64,000 nt of DNA. It comes from an uncultured Chloroflexia bacterium. Lineage in GTDB: Bacteria; Chloroflexota; Limnocylindria; Limnocylindrales; CSP1-4. The stretch spans positions 176,650 through 240,649 of the forward strand of contig CAVVNQ010000006.1 in assembly GCA_963749705.1 (NCBI GenBank), given 5' to 3'. Positions 52,308-60,769 of this stretch are shown in pieces. Both the position numbers and the translations under genes were made by a program. Within the stretch, counting starts at the first letter, position 1; each line of letters opens with the position of its first letter. A model generated the notes under the pieces. That model was not told the origin of the DNA. It made no database searches and was given only the letters and a program-made list of their open reading frames with translations.

Positions 52308-53063
52308 TCAGGCGACGATGACCCGAATGCGCCGCGCCACGAGGTCGTCCACAACCTCCTGGCGCACGCCGCTGTCGGTGACGATGACGTCGACCTCGTC
52401 GAGCCCGAACACAAGAGCCGGGGCGACGTGGTCGAACTTGGTGGAGTCGGCCATGACGACGACCATGCTCGCGATCGAGCGCACGGCCCGGTCGGTCACG
52501 ATCTCGGGTATATAGTCGTTCATCAGGCCCCGATCCAGGGTGATCGCGCCGATGCCCAGGAAGAGCGTGTCCGCCCGCAGCTCACGGCAGGCTTGCTCGG
52601 TGAGGTGGCCGAGCAGGCTGTGCATCCGCGGTCGGGCCACGCCGCCGAGGACGACCAGCTGGATCCCGTCGCGATCAACGAGGATCTGGGCTACGTCGAG
52701 CGAGTTCGTGATCACGGTGAGATCGCGCCGGTCGACCAGTAGGCGCGCGAACTCGATCGCTGTGCTGCCGCTGGTGATCGCGATTGTCTGGCCGTCGCGG
52801 ACCAGCCCGGCCGCCGCGACGGCTACGCGTCGCTTCTCGGCCATGGCCGGGGCGATCGACTCGGGCCGTCCCGCGTTCGGCCGATCGGCCAGCGTGGCAC
52901 CGCCGTAGGTGCGGACAAGCCGGCCCGCGTCGGACAGGCGGCGAAGGTCCCGCCGGACGGTGGACGGCCCGACGCCGATCCCCTGGCTCAGGGTCTCGAC
53001 CGAGGCCGTCCCGCTGAGCCGCACCAGCTCGACAAGGCGGTCGTCTCGGTGTCGGTCTCTCAT
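52308..53063 (-). CDS. DeoR/GlpR-family regulator
   Basis: STVRRDL, RTYGGA, SGST, ITNS, ADSTKF. Confidence 0.93.
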   Translation of the reverse strand: MRDRHRDDRLVELVRLSGTASVETLSQGIGVGPSTVRRDLRRLSDAGRLVRTYGGATLADRPNAGRPESIAPAMAEKRRVAVAAAGLVRDGQTIAITSGSTAIEFARLLVDRRDLTVITNSLDVAQILVDRDGIQLVVLGGVARPRMHSLLGHLTEQACRELRADTLFLGIGAITLDRGLMNDYIPEIVTDRAVRSIASMVVVMADSTKFDHVAPALVFGLDEVDVIVTDSGVRQEVVDDLVARRIRVIVA

Positions 53064-53152
53064 GCACACATCGTGTCAACCTGGTGCGCACATTGTCAAG
53101 AATCATGCGCATGTCGTACACCATGCGCTGTCGGAGTGCACAGATTGCGCTT
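53063..53152. promoter_or_regulatory. Divergent promoter with repeated TGCRCA boxes (candidate DeoR operators)
   Basis: TGCRCA at 53063, 53085, 53106 and 53137; two minus-strand TTGACA. Confidence 0.45.
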
Positions 53153-53236
53153 GTCGAGGGGGTCGGCGATCGGGTATCGTCGGTCCGGCATCCCACCAGC
53201 CGATCGCCCCCCAAGCCTCTCCCGGAGTCGTGACCC

Positions 53237-54208
53237 GTGACCTACGCCCTCGGCGCCCGACGCGGCCTCTCGGCATGTGCGTCCGACCGCGGCACCTTCG
53301 CCGTCCTCGCGCTCGACCACCGTCAGAACCTGCGCCGGGAGCTCCGGCCCAGCGATCCCGGTTCGGTCACGTACGGCGAGATGGTCGATTTCAAGCGCGC
53401 CGTCGTGCGCGCCCTGGCCGCCACCGCCACCGGCACGCTGCTGGATCCCGAGATCGGGGTCGCCCAGTGCATCGCGGACGGCTCGATGCCCGCGCGTGCC
53501 GGCCTCCTCGTAGCCATCGAGGCGACCGGTTACCTGGGGTCGGCGACGGCTCGCGTGAGTCGCATCCTCGACGGCTGGAGCGTGGCGAAGGCCAAGCGGA
53601 TGGGGGCCTCGGCCGCCAAGCTCCTCGTCTACTACCACCCCGACGCCTCGAACGCGGCCGACCAGGAGCGGCTCGTGGCAGATGTCGCGGCCGCCTGCCG
53701 CGACGCGGACCTCGCCATGTTCGTCGAGCCGCTCTCGTTCTCGCTGGTCGAGGGCCGGAAGCTCACCGGTGACGACCGGCGGCGCGTCGTCGTCGAGACG
53801 GCCCGCCGGCTGACCCGGATCGGCGGCGACATCCTCAAGGCAGAGTTCCCATACGACCCCGCGGTGACGGATCGGGGCCTCTGGCGGGAGGCCTGCGCCG
53901 AGCTCGACGCGGCGTCGGCGGTGCCGTGGGTTCTGCTCTCGGGCGGGGTTGACGACGCGACATTCGAGGCCCAGGTCGAGACGGCCTGCCGGGCCGGCGC
54001 CAGCGGCGTGCTGGTCGGGCGGTCGGTCTGGGCGGAGGCCGCCACGATGGCGCCCCCGGAGCGCGACGCGTTCCTCGCGACCGTCGGCCGCGAGCGCCTC
54101 GGGAGGCTGGTCGATCTCGTCGACACGCTCGGCCGGCCGTGGCACGAGCGACCGAGCCGCCTCACGGCCACGCCGGCTCCGGGCGACGGCTGGTACCGGG
54201 AGTACTGA
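53237..54208 (+). CDS. lacD: Class I tagatose-1,6-bisphosphate aldolase (LacD/YihT family)
   Basis: LALDHRQ, LLDPE, KLLVYYHPD, DILKAEFP, PWVLLSGGV, GASGVLVGRSVW. Confidence 0.85.
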   Translation: MTYALGARRGLSACASDRGTFAVLALDHRQNLRRELRPSDPGSVTYGEMVDFKRAVVRALAATATGTLLDPEIGVAQCIADGSMPARAGLLVAIEATGYLGSATARVSRILDGWSVAKAKRMGASAAKLLVYYHPDASNAADQERLVADVAAACRDADLAMFVEPLSFSLVEGRKLTGDDRRRVVVETARRLTRIGGDILKAEFPYDPAVTDRGLWREACAELDAASAVPWVLLSGGVDDATFEAQVETACRAGASGVLVGRSVWAEAATMAPPERDAFLATVGRERLGRLVDLVDTLGRPWHERPSRLTATPAPGDGWYREY

Positions 54209-54212
54209 CTCG

Positions 54213-55199
54213 GTGACGGCCTTGGCTCGCGACGTCGACATCCTGGTCGTGGGCGAGATCAACCCGGACGTCGTCGTCTCGGACCCGGACCCCGTCCCCG
54301 TGTTCGACGAAGTGGAGCGGGTGGTCGGGTCCATCCACCTGACGGTCGGGAGCTCGTCCGCGATCTTTGCCTGCGGCGCGGTCCGCCTGGACCTCCGGGT
54401 CGCGTACGTCGGTATCGTGGGCGACGACCCCTTCGGGCGGTTCATGCTCGATGCGATGAGCGCCCGCGGGATCGACGTCACGGGGTGCACGGTCGATGCA
54501 ACCCGGCCAACCGGCGCCACCGTTATCCTCACCAGCGGCCACGATCGCGCGATCCTCACGGCTATGGGGACGATCGGCGCGCTGGACGTCGACACCGTCC
54601 CCGAACCCCTGCTGGCCCGGGCGCGCCACATCCACTCGGGGTGCTTCTACCTCCAGGAGACGAGCCGCGAGCGCCTCCCCGCGTTCTTCGCGGCTGCGCG
54701 TGCGCGCGGGACGACGACCTCGTTCGACACCAACTGGGACCCGAGCGGATCGTGGGACGGCGGCGTCGCGGCGATGCTCCGCTCGGCCGACGTCTTCTTC
54801 CCGAACGCTGCCGAGGCGCGCCGCATCACCCGTCTGGACGACGTCGAGGAAGCGGCGCGAGCCCTTGCGGTGGCGGGTACCGCGGGACGGACCGACAGCG
54901 GTCCGATCATCGCGGTGAAGCTCGGTGCCGGGGGGGCACTCGCCTGCACGGCCGACGGCCCGCTGGTCCGCGTCCCGGCGATGCCCGTCGCGCCGGTGGA
55001 CACGACGGGGGCGGGCGACTCGTTCAACGCCGGCTTCCTCCGGGCGTGGCTCGAGGGCGCGGACCTCCGGGAGAGCCTGCGCTGGGGGGCGGTCTGCGGC
55101 GCGATCTCGACGCTGCGGCTCGGCGGGATCGACGGGCAGCCCACCCTCCCCGAGGCGCGGGTGGCGCTGGCGTCGTGGGGCGGCGGCGATCGAGGATGA
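54213..55199 (+). CDS. PfkB-family carbohydrate kinase
   Basis: GSSSAIFA, VGDDPFG, DTTGAGDSFNAG. Confidence 0.9.
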   Translation: MTALARDVDILVVGEINPDVVVSDPDPVPVFDEVERVVGSIHLTVGSSSAIFACGAVRLDLRVAYVGIVGDDPFGRFMLDAMSARGIDVTGCTVDATRPTGATVILTSGHDRAILTAMGTIGALDVDTVPEPLLARARHIHSGCFYLQETSRERLPAFFAAARARGTTTSFDTNWDPSGSWDGGVAAMLRSADVFFPNAAEARRITRLDDVEEAARALAVAGTAGRTDSGPIIAVKLGAGGALACTADGPLVRVPAMPVAPVDTTGAGDSFNAGFLRAWLEGADLRESLRWGAVCGAISTLRLGGIDGQPTLPEARVALASWGGGDRG

Positions 55200-56156
55200 C
55201 CGGCACCACGGGGAGGCCGCGCCTGCTGTTCGTCGCGGCGAACCCGTCGATCGACCGCCTCTACGAGATCGACCTCCTGGTCGGGGGTGCCATCCACCGG
55301 CCGGCCGCGGTCGTCGCGCGACCCGGCGGTAAGGGGCTCAACGCGGCCCGGGCCGCGGCCTCGCTCGGCGCCCGCGTCACGGCGGTCGGGATCGTCGCCG
55401 GGCGGGCCGGCGACTGGATCGTCGAGAGCCTCGCCGCCGCGAGCATTGACGCACGGATGGCACGCTCGGCGGGCGAGACCCGGACCTGCGTCTCTATCCT
55501 CGATCGGTTCACGGGCTCGCTGACAGAGCTGTACGAGCCCGGCGAGGCGATCGGACCCGACGCCTGGGCGACGCTCGAGGCGATCGTGGTTCGCGAGCTC
55601 GATCGAGGGGATGCGGGCTCGCTCGCATTCTCCGGCAGCCTGCCCCCGGGGGCGCCCGACCGACGGCTACGCGCGGATCGCGCGGATCGCCAACAACCGG
55701 TCCGTCCCCGTGCTCGCAGACGCATACGGACCCGCGCTCGCCGCCGTGCTTGCCGAGCGCCCGGCCGTGGTCAAGGTGAACGCGTCCGAGGCCGGCGAGG
55801 CAGCCGGCCTGGCCGTCTCCGATCCGCGATCGGCCGTGGCCGCGGCGCGTCGCCTCGTGGAACGCGGGGCCGCAGGCGTCATCGTGACGCTCGGCGTGGA
55901 CGGAGGGGTCGTCGTGACCGCGAACGAACAGGCCATCCTCATGCCACCGATTGTCCGCGGCTCGTATCCCGTGGGGAGCGGCGACGCCTTCCTCGGCGGC
56001 CTTGCCGTCGCGCTCGGCGGTGGCGAGGCTCTCGTCGAGGCTGCCCGGCGCGGCATGGCCGCGGCGATCGCTAACGCTCTCGTACCCGGGGCCGGCGACC
56101 TGGATCCCTCGGAGGTGGAACGGCTGCTCCCCGCCGTGGTGATCAGCCGGATTTGA
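55196..56156 (+). CDS. 1-phosphofructokinase/LacC-family hexose-phosphate kinase, frameshift at ~55660
   Basis: NPSIDR, PGGKGLNAAR, GETRTC, SGSLPPG then KVNASE, VGSGDAFLGG. Confidence 0.85.
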
Positions 56157-56158
56157 CC

Positions 56159-56245
56159 CGCGTGGGGTCAGAAACCCGGATTCGATCGTGCGGCGACGCC
56201 GTCGTGGTCGCGGATGACCCCGCCGAGCAGATCCCTGAAGGGTTC
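56159..56245 (-). mobile_element. 3' tip of integrase-core (rve) transposase element, copy B
   Basis: Minus strand RDLLGGVIRDHDGVAA; shares GAAACCCGGATTCGATC with 51061-51077. Confidence 0.6.
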
Positions 56246-56328
56246 ATCTTCACTCGACATGGTTCGGCCGGGGAGCGCCGCATGGCGCCTCCCCGGCCGT
56301 CTATTGCACCTGTTGACTCCACACTCCC

Positions 56329-57032
56329 CTACTGCGCGCCGGCCGGGACGCGGAACCAGCTGCGGCTGCGCGCCGCGTTGTGGACCACGTCGAGGTAGAC
56401 CTCGCTGTAGGGGACGCTGCCCTGCTCGGTGACTGCCCAGAGGCAGTTGAGCATCGCGCTTGCGACCATCAGGTTGGTCACGACGAGCTGGGGCCGTTCG
56501 GCCGCGAGGACCGCACAGCCGGTGCCCGGCATGACCTCCGAACTGGCCGCCTGGCCGATCTCCGGGTGGATCTCGACCAGGTGGCCATCGACGCTGTACC
56601 CGTCGCGGCGGCGGACGAGCTGGACGTTGCCGTCCGTCTCGTCGTTGCCGCCACTGATGAGCGTCACGTCCGACAGAGCCGGCGATGTGCCGGTCGACGA
56701 GCGCCCGCGTCGGGTGGTTGTCGACCGCGAGGAGGACAGAGGTCTCCCTCGCGGACGACGAGCCCGACGTTGTCGGGACTCACGTACGCGGCGATTGCCG
56801 CGACCGCCAGCCCACCCCCACGGAACACCTGGGCCAAGGCCTCGGCCTTGTTCGTGCCCAGGGCGTCATCGGGGAACAGCTGCCGCGACCGGTTCGAGAT
56901 CTCGTAGGCGTCACCGTCGACGAGGACGAGGAGCGGTCGCGGCTCCGGGCGGAACGAGAGGTACCGGACGAGCGAGGGGAGCAGCTGGCTCCCGATGCCG
57001 CCCAATCCGATGAGCACGACCCGCTCAGGCAT
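56329..57032 (-). CDS. ThiF/E1-like ubiquitin-activating enzyme (two +1 indels, ~56738 and ~56677)
   Basis: GLGGIG, VDGDAYEISNRSRQ, NKAE, restored LAVDNHPTR, ISGGN, candidate catalytic Cys in GTGC, QLVVTN. Confidence 0.85.
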
Positions 57033-57860
57033 CGGTCTCACCGCCCTTCCGACCCGACCCGCTGACCGGGACGAGCGAGACGGTGAGCTGGAGCCCAAGG
57101 TCTGCGGCCAGGCGGTCCGCCCGAACGAGCGCGACGTCGAGATCGACGCGGCTGGCTCGGGACGTACCTCGACCCGGGAGCCGGGCCATGGCGCCCGCCG
57201 ACCCGGGTCGGCGGCCCTTCGCCTTCGACGGCCGTGGCGGTGGCAGGAGCTTGACTCGCTGACACCACGCCTCCGGCGGCTCGACGAGCCGCCGGGGCCG
57301 TTCCAGGACGGCGGTCACCGGGACCGCGAAGCGGCGTCCGTCGACGGCAATCGCCGCCGAATAGGACGGACGCCGGTCGAAGCCACCGACGATGACGTGC
57401 AGCCCGTCGAACTCCGCCTCGTCGTCTTCGTCGACCGCACTCGCCCCAGGCGCCGAAGGCCCCGTGGCTGTGGATCGACCCGACGACACGAGACCCAGCT
57501 GGCAGCTCGGCCTCGTCGAGCGTGTGGCTCACCGAGGCCGGGCTCACCCTCTGGTCGGGCACGAACAGATCGAAGCCCTCGCCCGCCCACAGCAGGAGGA
57601 CGAGCGCCTCGGTCCGCTGCGCCCGGTAGATCGAGCGGAAGAAGCCGACGACGCGGGCCATCTGGTCCGCACGGGATCTTCGGCAGCCCGTACTCGACGT
57701 ACTCGGTCTCAGGGGGCAGGTGCTCGGCGCCGTCGACCTTCGTCTGGCTCACGCCGAGCAGGCTCCGCTTGCGCAGATACAGCCCGTCATGGGCGACGAG
57801 GAAGGCCGGCAAGTCGGTGTCGGCCGCCGCCGGTGACCCCGCAGGAAGGATCGGGAACAT
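57025..57860 (-). CDS. JAB/JAMM (Mov34) metallopeptidase, PRTRC protein A-like (two +1 indels, ~57671 and ~57448)
   Basis: FLVAHDGLY N-domain, RTEA Glu, restored HSH-x7-S-x2-D (HSHGAFGA[G/W]ASAVD), DGLHVIVG. Confidence 0.85.
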
Positions 57861-57861
57861 C

Positions 57862-58125
57862 TCACTCCCCTTCCCGCTCGGTCGCCGGCAGGCGGTAGAC
57901 GAGGTGCTCGAGCTCGCGGAACCGCGATCGCTCGCGGGTCAGCTCCTCGCGCAGGACTCGTCCGGAGGCCCGAAGGACCGTCACCGCGATCGAGAGGGCC
58001 GACGCTTCGAGCCCGACGAGCGGGTTCGCAGGGTCGGCGACCCGGAGATGCGGTGCCAGCAGGCTCCCGAGATCCGTCGGTCGGGCGACCGGCAGTCCCC
58101 GGATGGTCTCAGGCAGCGAGGTCAT
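57862..58125 (-). CDS. 87-aa hypothetical protein inside the Ubl operon
   Basis: GGAGGTG RBS; stop 1 nt before JAB ATG; helical charged C-terminal half. Confidence 0.6.
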   Translation of the reverse strand: MTSLPETIRGLPVARPTDLGSLLAPHLRVADPANPLVGLEASALSIAVTVLRASGRVLREELTRERSRFRELEHLVYRLPATEREGE

Positions 58126-58879
58126 CTGCCTCACCTCCGTCGGTCATCGGGTCCGGCGTCCGGACGTCGGTCTCGGTCGCGTCGTCTGGGATCGGCGTGA
58201 CCGCCGGCAGGTCCGTGGGGGCCACGCCGGCCATCGGGCAGCGACCTGGCGGAGGGTCCGCCAATAGGGGTCGTAGGCCATCGAGAGGGCGGCGAGCGGA
58301 TCCCGCCGCGAGCGAGACGCCCAGGCCCGGAAGCCACCAGCTGAACGGCAGCGGATGGCGTCGCAGGTCCTGGTTGAAGCGACTCGACCAGAACGCGCCG
58401 ATCAGCGCGTCCACGCGTTCGCCGACGGTGGCGCCGCTGACCCTGACCGAGCCGAGACAGACGAGCCCATCGTCGCTCGTGTTGGGCAGGGTCGAGCAGG
58501 ACAGTCCATCGTCGATCGAGCGCAGGGGCGCCGACCGGAAGTAGGTCGCGAGGCCCTCGATCTGCTCGCCGTAGGTCGAGACGACGAACACGACGTACGG
58601 CAGGGCGATCCGATGTGAGGTCGGCTCGCCGTCCGATCGCCGGCTCGCGTGGTACTCGATCGTCCGCCGCATCGGGGCCTGCTCGGTGACGAAGACCGTA
58701 CGGCCCGTCGACCCTGCTCGGAACCAGAAGCGGCAGCCGGTTGGCAGCCGTGGGCTCAAGTGAACCTGGGTGGTGGTGAGCTCGGCGAGGAGGTCCGGGA
58801 GCGCGACCTCACGGTCGATGACCTCCGATACGAGACTCACGAGATCGCCTTCGATGCGCAGGAATGTGCGCGACTGCAT
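58109..58879 (-). CDS. Prokaryotic E2 family D-like ubiquitin-conjugating protein (compensated indel pair)
   Basis: IALPYVVF, LPNTSDDGLVCLG (PN..G.xC), AFWSSRFN; shifted frame gives FRAWASRSRRDPL; AAGGAAAGGAG RBS. Confidence 0.8.
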   Translation of the reverse strand: MQSRTFLRIEGDLVSLVSEVIDREVALPDLLAELTTTQVHLSPRLPTGCRFWFRAGSTGRTVFVTEQAPMRRTIEYHASRRSDGEPTSHRIALPYVVFVVSTYGEQIEGLATYFRSAPLRSIDDGLSCSTLPNTSDDGLVCLGSVRVSGATVGERVDALIGAFWSSRFNQDLRRHPLPFSWWLPGLGVSLAAGSARRPLDGLRPLLADPPPGRCPMAGVAPTDLPAVTPIPDDATETDVRTPDPMTDGGEADDLAA

Positions 58880-58992
58880 GGGGAATGAGCTCCTTTCCTT
58901 GGGCGATCGGTCGCCCTGGGGCCAGGGCCCGGCGCGCCGCATGGCACCGCCGGACCGCTGGGAACCCTCTGGGTGTGGCCGAAGCCAACGTG

Positions 58993-59232
58993 TCAGGCAG
59001 GCATGCCTTTCACGCCGGCTGCCTTCTGGAACTCGATCTCGTCGCCCGGGCGCACGACGTACTCGTCGTCAGCCCGGGTGCCGTTGACCGTCACGACCGC
59101 ATCGCGGGGAATGTTGAAGACCTGTTCGAGGGTCTTCCAGATCCCGCGGACGGATCTGCCGGCCAGATCGAGGTCGAGCTCGTTGACGCCGTAGATGACC
59201 TTCGTCGTCTCGGCGATCTGCATCGTCTGCAT
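58993..59232 (-). CDS. Ubiquitin-like beta-grasp (ThiS/MoaD-fold) protein with C-terminal extension
   Basis: 79 aa; VTVNG..DEYVVRPGDEIEFQKAAGVKG-MPA; GGAGG RBS. Confidence 0.88.
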   Translation of the reverse strand: MQTMQIAETTKVIYGVNELDLDLAGRSVRGIWKTLEQVFNIPRDAVVTVNGTRADDEYVVRPGDEIEFQKAAGVKGMPA

Positions 59233-59871
59233 CAGAAACCTCCATGTGGAACGAACGCCGCATGAGAAGCGGACCGGGGCAGACGAGCGCAGGCGCGGCA
59301 CGCTGCACTCGGATGCGATCGACGAGGATCGGCCCGGTCCAGCGCGGTTGACTCGACTCGAAATCGAGCGCCGACGGACGCGCAGGCCGCCGGCTCGAGT
59401 GCCAACCCCTTCGGGGCATCACCTCCATTCCGGCGCAGATGTCATCCGCCACAGGTGAGTGGAAGGGAGTCCCGACCGGGCAGGCTCGAGCCGTCGCCTG
59501 AGCAACGCCACAACGAACCGAAACCGGTCGCGCCGCCCCCAAACGAAGGCAGGCCACGACCGAGATCCCGGATCGTCGAGGAGCATTCCTCACGACGACC
59601 GATCCCCGGTCGGACTCCGTCCACGCCCTGGTGGCGGCACGCCTCGCGCGATCGCACGCATCGAAGAGCGCGCGATTGGCAGCGCTATGTGGGGTTGTTA
59701 AGGTGCTTCAGTCGCCCTGGACCGCAGAGGATCCCGACGCCGGCGCTGGTTGGGTCACGGCAACCGCCGTGGGAGCTCGTGCCGGGGAGCCCGCTGCCCG
59801 TTCGACCATCGAACGTGGCGGGCGACTGAAGCGCTCAGGTACGCATCCACTGGCCTCAGTCGCCCGCGGTC

Positions 59872-59900
59872 AGCGTGCGGGCTGCCTAGAGCAAGGTCAA
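59872..59900 (-). promoter_or_regulatory. Putative sigma70-type promoter for the Ubl operon leader
   Basis: TTGACC (59900-59895), 17-nt spacer, CACGCT (59877-59872). Confidence 0.4.
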
Positions 59901-59907
59901 TGGCAGA

Positions 59908-59926
59908 TGTGTACAGCATTGTGTAC
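59908..59926. repeat. TGTGTAC-N5-TGTGTAC tandem heptamer, copy 2
   Basis: TGTGTACAGCATTGTGTAC. Confidence 0.6.
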
Positions 59927-60057
59927 TCTTCCAGCGTCACAGCGGTGGTCGTCCGCGACTCGTCGAGCCTACCCCACCAGACGCGGGACTTCGCAACGGG
60001 ATAAGCATGAGCGCCCTGGGCGGACGGGTATGAACCGCGAGGAATCCGCGATCATAT

Positions 60058-60768
60058 TCAGTCCGGTCGGCCTTCGACCAAAAGGGCGAAGGCGGCGCCT
60101 CGGTTCGTCGCGGCACCGCGGGGAGCAGCCTCCGCAGCAGGGGCGCGGGCCGGTGGGTTGGTCGCGGCCAGTGGCGGCGTGCTGCAGATGCCCGGGGCGA
60201 GCCCCGCGCCGCAGCGAACGATCGTCTCGGTCACGTGGAGGATGTAGTGGTTCGCCCCGAGGTGATAGGCGACATCGACGCCGTCCCAGCCGCCCCCCGA
60301 GTCACCGTCGACCGAGAAGCCGATGAGAAGCTCCGTGAATGGTGTAGTGGGCTCGTCGCTGGTCGCACAAGTTGCGATAACGCTCGCCCCCGCAGCGGGA
60401 TCAAGGTGATCGGACACGCTCGGAGGTGGGTAACCCTCAATGCTGATGATCATCGTGTCGGATGCACTTCGGACGAAGGTGCGGACGAGGGCCCCCAGAA
60501 ATCGGCTGCCGGAGCCCAGCGAGAGCCCGGGGTCCACCAATTCGATCACCGCAGGACCGTCGGTGCCGACGACACACAACGGGATGCCCAGCGACCACGG
60601 ACCAGCCGCTCCCGCTGGAAAGGCCATTGTCGTCCCGGCCGCGACCGACGACAGCGGTCCCGCTCCATCGACGTGGCGCGTGGGCCCCGACCCCCCGATC
60701 GAGAACGCCAGGATCGTTGCCGCGGCGGCGAGTCCCGCCGCGGCAAACAACTTGCCGCCGTTCTTCAT
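60058..60768 (-). CDS. Hypothetical secreted/membrane-anchored protein
   Basis: N-terminal hydrophobic segment; ATG 1 nt after the upstream stop; several Cys. Confidence 0.6.
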   Translation of the reverse strand: MKNGGKLFAAAGLAAAATILAFSIGGSGPTRHVDGAGPLSSVAAGTTMAFPAGAAGPWSLGIPLCVVGTDGPAVIELVDPGLSLGSGSRFLGALVRTFVRSASDTMIISIEGYPPPSVSDHLDPAAGASVIATCATSDEPTTPFTELLIGFSVDGDSGGGWDGVDVAYHLGANHYILHVTETIVRCGAGLAPGICSTPPLAATNPPARAPAAEAAPRGAATNRGAAFALLVEGRPD

Positions 60769-60769
60769 T

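Noticed and set aside
56329-59232. Thiamine/molybdopterin ThiS-ThiF or MoaD-MoeB genes
   Set aside because: No GG terminus, no CxxC zinc motifs seen in the E1, an E2-like gene is present, and there is no thiG/moaE/cysM.
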